Source of the DNA: Candidatus Omnitrophota bacterium
GTDB lineage: Bacteria; Omnitrophota; Gorgyraeia; Zapsychrales; Fredricksoniimonadaceae
NCBI GenBank assembly: GCA_903860135.1
Contig: CAIOPG010000017.1
Span: 11,364 to 75,363, forward strand
Direction of reading: 5' to 3'
DNA length: 64,000 bases
The notes beneath the pieces were generated by a model. The model made no database searches and was not told the origin of the DNA. It was given only the letters and a program-made list of their open reading frames with translations. Each line of letters begins with the position of its first letter. Within the stretch, counting starts at the first letter, position 1. Positions 59,589 through 64,000 of the stretch are shown here, one piece after another. The position numbers and the translations under genes were made by a program.

Positions 59589-60325
59589 TGAATACCGTTC
59601 ACTTTCATATAGGTTTCAACTTTCAGGACATCTTCGGGCGTATCAACACCGATCGCGTCCATTGAGGTTTCAACAGTCTTGATCTTAAACCCAGCCTCAA
59701 GTACCCTCAACTGCTCGAGAGCCTCCTCCTGCTCGAGGAATGATTTCGGCCAGCGGCAAAAATCAAATAAGAATTCTCGGCGGTAGGCATAAATGCCCAG
59801 ATGTTTGAAATAACGCGCGGTATCCATCACCCCGTCACGCTTAAAAGGGATGGGGGAACGCGAAAAATAAAGCGCGCATTTATTCCTGTCAACCACAACC
59901 TTGACAACATTGGGATTGTGGAATTCTTCGAGCCCGCTGATCCGTTTAATCGGCGTGGCCAGCACACAACCCGCATCTGCTTTAAGATCGAGGATCAACG
60001 CATCGATCAATCCCGGCTGGATCAGAGGCTCATCGCACTGGATATTAACAATGATCCCGGCATCCGTTGCCGCCGCCGCTTCGGCCACACGGTCAGAGCC
60101 TGATGGATGGTCAACCCGCGTCATCACCGCACGGGCACCGAACGCCTGCGCCGCTTCAAGCACCCGCGGTTCATCACAGGCAATGATAACCTCAGACAGT
60201 TCCCGGGCACACACCGCCCGTTCCCAAACCCGTTGCAACATGGCTTTGCCGGCGATAGGAACCAGCACCTTGCCAGGCAGTCGCGTCGAGGCCCAGCGGG
60301 CCGGAATAATACCGATCGCCTTCAC
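59585..60325 (-). CDS. kdsB: 3-deoxy-manno-octulosonate cytidylyltransferase
   Basis: IIPARWASTRLPGK signature. Confidence 0.85.
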   Translation of the reverse strand: MKAIGIIPARWASTRLPGKVLVPIAGKAMLQRVWERAVCARELSEVIIACDEPRVLEAAQAFGARAVMTRVDHPSGSDRVAEAAAATDAGIIVNIQCDEPLIQPGLIDALILDLKADAGCVLATPIKRISGLEEFHNPNVVKVVVDRNKCALYFSRSPIPFKRDGVMDTARYFKHLGIYAYRREFLFDFCRWPKSFLEQEEALEQLRVLEAGFKIKTVETSMDAIGVDTPEDVLKVETYMKVNGIQ

Positions 60326-61350
60326 GCCTTATCCTCCTTGAGCGACCGCACCAGTTCTTCGGGCGACACAGCAGCCGCCCCTACCTTGGCCACCACAATG
60401 CCAGCGGCATGATTGGCAATATCCGCCGCCTGGCGGCGCGTCGCCCCGGCCGCAATGGCCAGCGTAAAGACAGAAATAACAGTATCACCGGCACCGGAAA
60501 CATCAAAAACTTCGCGCGCGCGGGTCGGGATATGATGCGGCTCTTTCCCTTCCTCAAAAAGGCACATACCATCCTCACCGAGGGTGATCAGCAAGGAATC
60601 AATGCCCAGATATTTCAACAACCCTTTTCCCGACTCAAAAACAACCTTCATATTATTCAGGCGGGTAGAACCGATCCCCAGGGCGCGACGGGTATCGGGT
60701 TCAAGGCTTTTTAAAGCATTCTCTGTTTCCTTGCGGTTGGGGGTGATCGAGGTGACAGGCCCGTAAAACTTCAGGTGCTCGACCTTGGGGTCAACCACAA
60801 CAGGGATCTTTTTCTTCCGGCACAGGGCCGTCACATCCGCTACCAGCGCGGACTGAACAATGCCCTTGCCGTAATCCGATATGATAACAGCATCAAAATG
60901 GCTGAAATTCTTTTTAATAAAAGGCGCAACACTCCGCATGTAAAAGGCATTGTCCGGGTCATCGTCCACTGTTTCACGGTCCACACGCACGACCTGCTGA
61001 TGATGCGCGATGATTCGGGTCTTGAGGATAGTCTCGACGCGCTTGTCTGTCAGCACACCATCGGTGCGGATATGCCGGGCCGCAAGGACAGCCTTCAGGA
61101 GAACACCTTCGGCATCATCCCCAACCCGACCGACCAAGGCAACTCTGGCACCCAGGCTGCTCAAATTGTTGGCCACATTAGCCGCCCCGCCCGGCGTGTG
61201 AAAAAGCTGTTCCTGCAGAACCACAGGCACCGGCGCTTCCGGCGAAATGCGGCTCACGCTCCCCTTGATATACTGGTCAAGGATAAGGTCGCCGATCACA
61301 AGGACATGCTTTTGGGCGAAAGAATTAAGGATCCCCGCGTATTTATGCAT
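60322..61350 (-). CDS. hldE: D-glycero-beta-D-manno-heptose-7-phosphate kinase (HldE domain I only)
   Basis: Aligns with the E. coli HldE kinase domain (VIGDLILDQY…SRISPEAPVPVV…PGGAANVA…DVSGAGDT). The adenylyltransferase domain is absent. Confidence 0.75.
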   Translation of the reverse strand: MHKYAGILNSFAQKHVLVIGDLILDQYIKGSVSRISPEAPVPVVLQEQLFHTPGGAANVANNLSSLGARVALVGRVGDDAEGVLLKAVLAARHIRTDGVLTDKRVETILKTRIIAHHQQVVRVDRETVDDDPDNAFYMRSVAPFIKKNFSHFDAVIISDYGKGIVQSALVADVTALCRKKKIPVVVDPKVEHLKFYGPVTSITPNRKETENALKSLEPDTRRALGIGSTRLNNMKVVFESGKGLLKYLGIDSLLITLGEDGMCLFEEGKEPHHIPTRAREVFDVSGAGDTVISVFTLAIAAGATRRQAADIANHAAGIVVAKVGAAAVSPEELVRSLKEDKA

Positions 61351-61418
61351 AAACCTCTTGAATTATAGATTTAACACATGAAAAGGAAGATATTATCACG
61401 CTTCGCGGCCAGTGTCTA

Positions 61419-62957
61419 CTATAGACCAACAAATGGCAGCGCGACCGTGAACGTGGATCCCTGGCCTTCAGCCGACCGGACGCGGATCGTCCCGCCATGC
61501 TTCTTCACAAGTTCATAGCTGATGCTTAATCCGAGGCCGGTTCCTTTGCCGATCGGTTTGGTGGTGAAGAAAGGATCGAATATCTTTTTAAGATTATCGT
61601 CGCTGATACCACAGCCCGTATCCGTAATGTCAATGCACACATAACCAGGTTCCTGGTATGTTCTGATCGTGATAATACCTTCAGCGGGAATGGCCTGGGC
61701 CGCGTTCACGATCAAATTGAGAAAAACTTGTCCCATTTTCTGGACATTGCACCGGATCTGAGGCGTATCGCCGTAATCCTTGCGCAGATCGATCCGGTAC
61801 CGCATTTCGTTATGTGCGATGCCCAGTGTCATCTCGATGACATTCTCGATCTTGACGCTCTCCTCGAACCACTGTGCCCCTTCATAAGCAAAAACCTTGA
61901 GGTCGGCAACGATCTTCTCGATACGGCTGACCCCTTCGCGTGACTGCCGCACCAAATGCTCACTGTCGGCAATAATATAACCCATCCTGAGGGCATCGGT
62001 CGCCAGATGCATTTGCAAGGCAACAGCCACCGCCTCATCCCATACCCGTCGTTCGACAGCCACTTTCAACTGCGCCGACAACCCCAGCATCTTTAAATAA
62101 GCCGCCACATACGTTTCAAGGATTTCCAGATTGCTGGCTACAAAGCCCGCCGGGTTGTTGATCTCGTGCGCCACCCCCGCCGCCAGCTGACCTATGGCTG
62201 CTAGTTTCTCGGATTGCACTAAACGCGCCTGCGCGGATCTCAACTCATCGCGCGAAACCGTAGTCTCACGCAGGTTCTCGCTCATCGCATTGAAAGACCT
62301 CGCCAGCTCCCCGACCTCATCGTTGGATACCACATCGACCCGCCCAATGAAACCATCCTTGGAAACCCTGTCAATGGCCGCCTTGAGCCGGCCCAGCGGC
62401 GCAAGAAATTTCCGGAGGAAAAGAACAACGAGGAGCATGGCCAACAACACCACCGGGAATGATGCCGCTAGGACGATCCAACTCGTACGCTGAATATTGG
62501 CTCTCAAATAGCCTGATGTAGCTACTGCCTCGATCTGTCCGACCTTGACATTGACCGCGTTGAAGATCGGTGCTGTCACCGAAAAGTCATACACGCGAGA
62601 AATCTTGTTCTTGCGCGGAAAGTCCTTGGCCAGCAGGACATTGCCATCCATTTTCACCACACGCACATGCATGAACTCCCTGACATTCCTCAACAAAAGA
62701 ACGCCTTCTTCGATCGTCTGCACATCGTTGAATTCCACCCCGGCGCTCATCGCGTACGACACGATCTCCAGTTCCTTCGACAACGTATCCACAAGCCGCC
62801 GGTTTTCGTAATGCGCATACGTCCAGGCCAGCAGTATCCCCAGAAGAACACCCGACACCAATATGCCTAAGCCCAAGAAAGAGATCAATTTGACCATCAG
62901 GCTTTGACGCGGCAACCACCTGATCCGGGGCATAATGTTCACGGCAACACCTCGCAC
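61419..62957 (-). CDS. Sensor histidine kinase (2 TM, periplasmic domain, HAMP, HisKA, HATPase)
   Basis: H-box [12 protein letters not shown]-boxes DTGCGI and GTGLGL. Confidence 0.8.
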   Translation of the reverse strand: MRGVAVNIMPRIRWLPRQSLMVKLISFLGLGILVSGVLLGILLAWTYAHYENRRLVDTLSKELEIVSYAMSAGVEFNDVQTIEEGVLLLRNVREFMHVRVVKMDGNVLLAKDFPRKNKISRVYDFSVTAPIFNAVNVKVGQIEAVATSGYLRANIQRTSWIVLAASFPVVLLAMLLVVLFLRKFLAPLGRLKAAIDRVSKDGFIGRVDVVSNDEVGELARSFNAMSENLRETTVSRDELRSAQARLVQSEKLAAIGQLAAGVAHEINNPAGFVASNLEILETYVAAYLKMLGLSAQLKVAVERRVWDEAVAVALQMHLATDALRMGYIIADSEHLVRQSREGVSRIEKIVADLKVFAYEGAQWFEESVKIENVIEMTLGIAHNEMRYRIDLRKDYGDTPQIRCNVQKMGQVFLNLIVNAAQAIPAEGIITIRTYQEPGYVCIDITDTGCGISDDNLKKIFDPFFTTKPIGKGTGLGLSISYELVKKHGGTIRVRSAEGQGSTFTVALPFVGL

Positions 62958-63529
62958 AGGGCAAGAAACTTCCCGCTGTAATCACTACCTTCATGCTTGG
63001 CAGAACGGGCATTGATCAGCATGCGCGGCTTGTTATCTTTCAGGATGATCCCCAGCCCCGCCCCCTGCTTTATGCAGGCGGCACTATAGCAGACAGAATT
63101 GATCCCCATCGCCGCTGACACATTAAATATGTCAGGCGAGAACGCAGGATCTTTAACGGCAACAACAAGGACTGAAATATTATTGCGGGTAAGCCATCGT
63201 TCAAACCCTTGACGGCCAAAGATCCTCCCAAGGCCGAGCACCTTCCCCGCCACAGGCTTTTCCTTGATTTTAAACGTTGTTTTAACGAGGGAAATATTCG
63301 CGCTGATCTCCTCAGCTAACGCGTGCCCCGTCGGATCATCATCGACGTACACAATGCCGATCACCACTTTCTCGTGCGCCTGCCTGTCAATATTGCGGTC
63401 ATAATTGAGGGCTTTGAGCATGATGGCCGTAAATATATCGCTCGGCAGGACATCATCGTGCGCGCCTGCCACGGTCGGTGAGAAAAGAAACCCTGCGACA
63501 AGCATGAACGCAAGCCAGCATGATCTCAT
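62939..63529 (-). CDS. YfiR/DUF4154-like periplasmic protein
   Basis: Signal peptide. Weak family-level resemblance. Translationally coupled (19-bp overlap) to the histidine kinase. Confidence 0.45.
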   Translation of the reverse strand: MRSCWLAFMLVAGFLFSPTVAGAHDDVLPSDIFTAIMLKALNYDRNIDRQAHEKVVIGIVYVDDDPTGHALAEEISANISLVKTTFKIKEKPVAGKVLGLGRIFGRQGFERWLTRNNISVLVVAVKDPAFSPDIFNVSAAMGINSVCYSAACIKQGAGLGIILKDNKPRMLINARSAKHEGSDYSGKFLALCEVLP

Positions 63530-63530
63530 T

Positions 63531-64000
63531 TTAAAACTCTACCTTTAACGTTAGATAATAGCGGCGGTCAACGTTGACCTGATTGCCAAACTCCAGATGA
63601 TGGGGCGCGAGAAGATTCTCAGCCGACACGGAAACTTCGCCGCTCCCGCCATAGATCTTGCGCGCCACCTTGAGGTCTACTTTATGATAACGGGGATCCT
63701 TGATCTTGGGGGCTGACGGCCCCTGCTCGCTCAGGGTGTCGATCGCCCCGACATAAGAATAACGGGCATCAATATAATCGATCGGCGCATATTTGCGGGT
63801 AAAAAGCGTGGCCCCGGCGTTAACCCTGTTACGGGGATCCTGGGTATTGTATTGATCGAGGGTGTCGTTGACAAAGAGGCAGGTGTAATTGGTGTACCCC
63901 TTAAGCCACGCCCAGGGGATCCATTCAAGTCCCGTTTCAAGCCCGTACACATCGGCACTATTCTCATTCAGGAAACTGTGCGCCGCTGTCGCATTCCTTA
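63531..64000 (-). CDS. TonB-dependent outer-membrane receptor, C-terminal portion (gene continues beyond the window)
   Basis: C-terminal β-barrel strands ending …YYLTLKVEF with a terminal Phe. The frame stays open to the window edge. Confidence 0.55.
   Translation of the reverse strand, partial: RNATAAHSFLNENSADVYGLETGLEWIPWAWLKGYTNYTCLFVNDTLDQYNTQDPRNRVNAGATLFTRKYAPIDYIDARYSYVGAIDTLSEQGPSAPKIKDPRYHKVDLKVARKIYGGSGEVSVSAENLLAPHHLEFGNQVNVDRRYYLTLKVEF

Noticed and set aside
58692-59591. 299-aa plus-strand ORF
   Set aside because: Antisense shadow of kdsA. Arg/His-rich.
1-64000. CRISPR arrays or other tandem repeats
   Set aside because: No regularly spaced short direct repeats were evident by eye in any intergenic region.

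Overview
Largely minus-strand bacterial chromosomal window with LPS/Kdo genes, so probably Gram-negative-type; GC is about 52-62% in the core genes.

Housekeeping genes recognisable from the translations:
- murB (3' part) and a small PilZ-like protein
- fumC-pepA-gltA, followed by an HD-GYP response regulator
- an isochorismate-synthase-like gene, ubiE/menG, trxB and bioB
- ruvB, scpA, trpS, then infB-nusA-rimP and a short proS
- an orphan cpaF-type ATPase
- rseP-dxr-cdsA-uppS, purA, and serA with a class-V aminotransferase
- clpP plus a short tig
- an lptB / lptA-like / kdsC / kdsD / kdsA / kdsB / hldE(kinase) operon
- a HAMP histidine kinase with a YfiR-like partner, and the C-terminus of a TonB-dependent receptor

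The unusual part is a roughly 20-kb, all-minus-strand glycosylation island at about 12.5-32.2 kb, ending at a tRNA-Ala(CGC) gene with a terminator. It encodes:
- a nucleotide-sugar dehydrogenase and epimerase
- a processive GT2 synthase and a TM-PEGA protein
- a GT39 (ArnT/PMT-like) transferase, a low-GC TM+TPR (TMTC-like) protein and a divergent STT3/PglB-like protein with a degenerate WWDYG motif; on the GT39, TMTC-like and STT3-like calls these are three GT-C-fold enzymes
- a GNAT, an exported PIG-L deacetylase and a GHL10/YddW-like hydrolase

Inside this island sits a markedly low-GC (~40%) gene of about 1,120 codons. It has a Sec-type signal peptide and an embedded radical-SAM core (CPFNCPMC, then GPGE and TNG motifs). 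A 190-bp AT-rich region precedes it. It lies between the epimerase and dehydrogenase genes and is bracketed by a ~58-bp imperfect direct repeat that is a duplicated epimerase 3' end. That is an insertion scar, and I consider it the most novel element in the window.

No CRISPR arrays, rRNA, integrases or transposases were seen.
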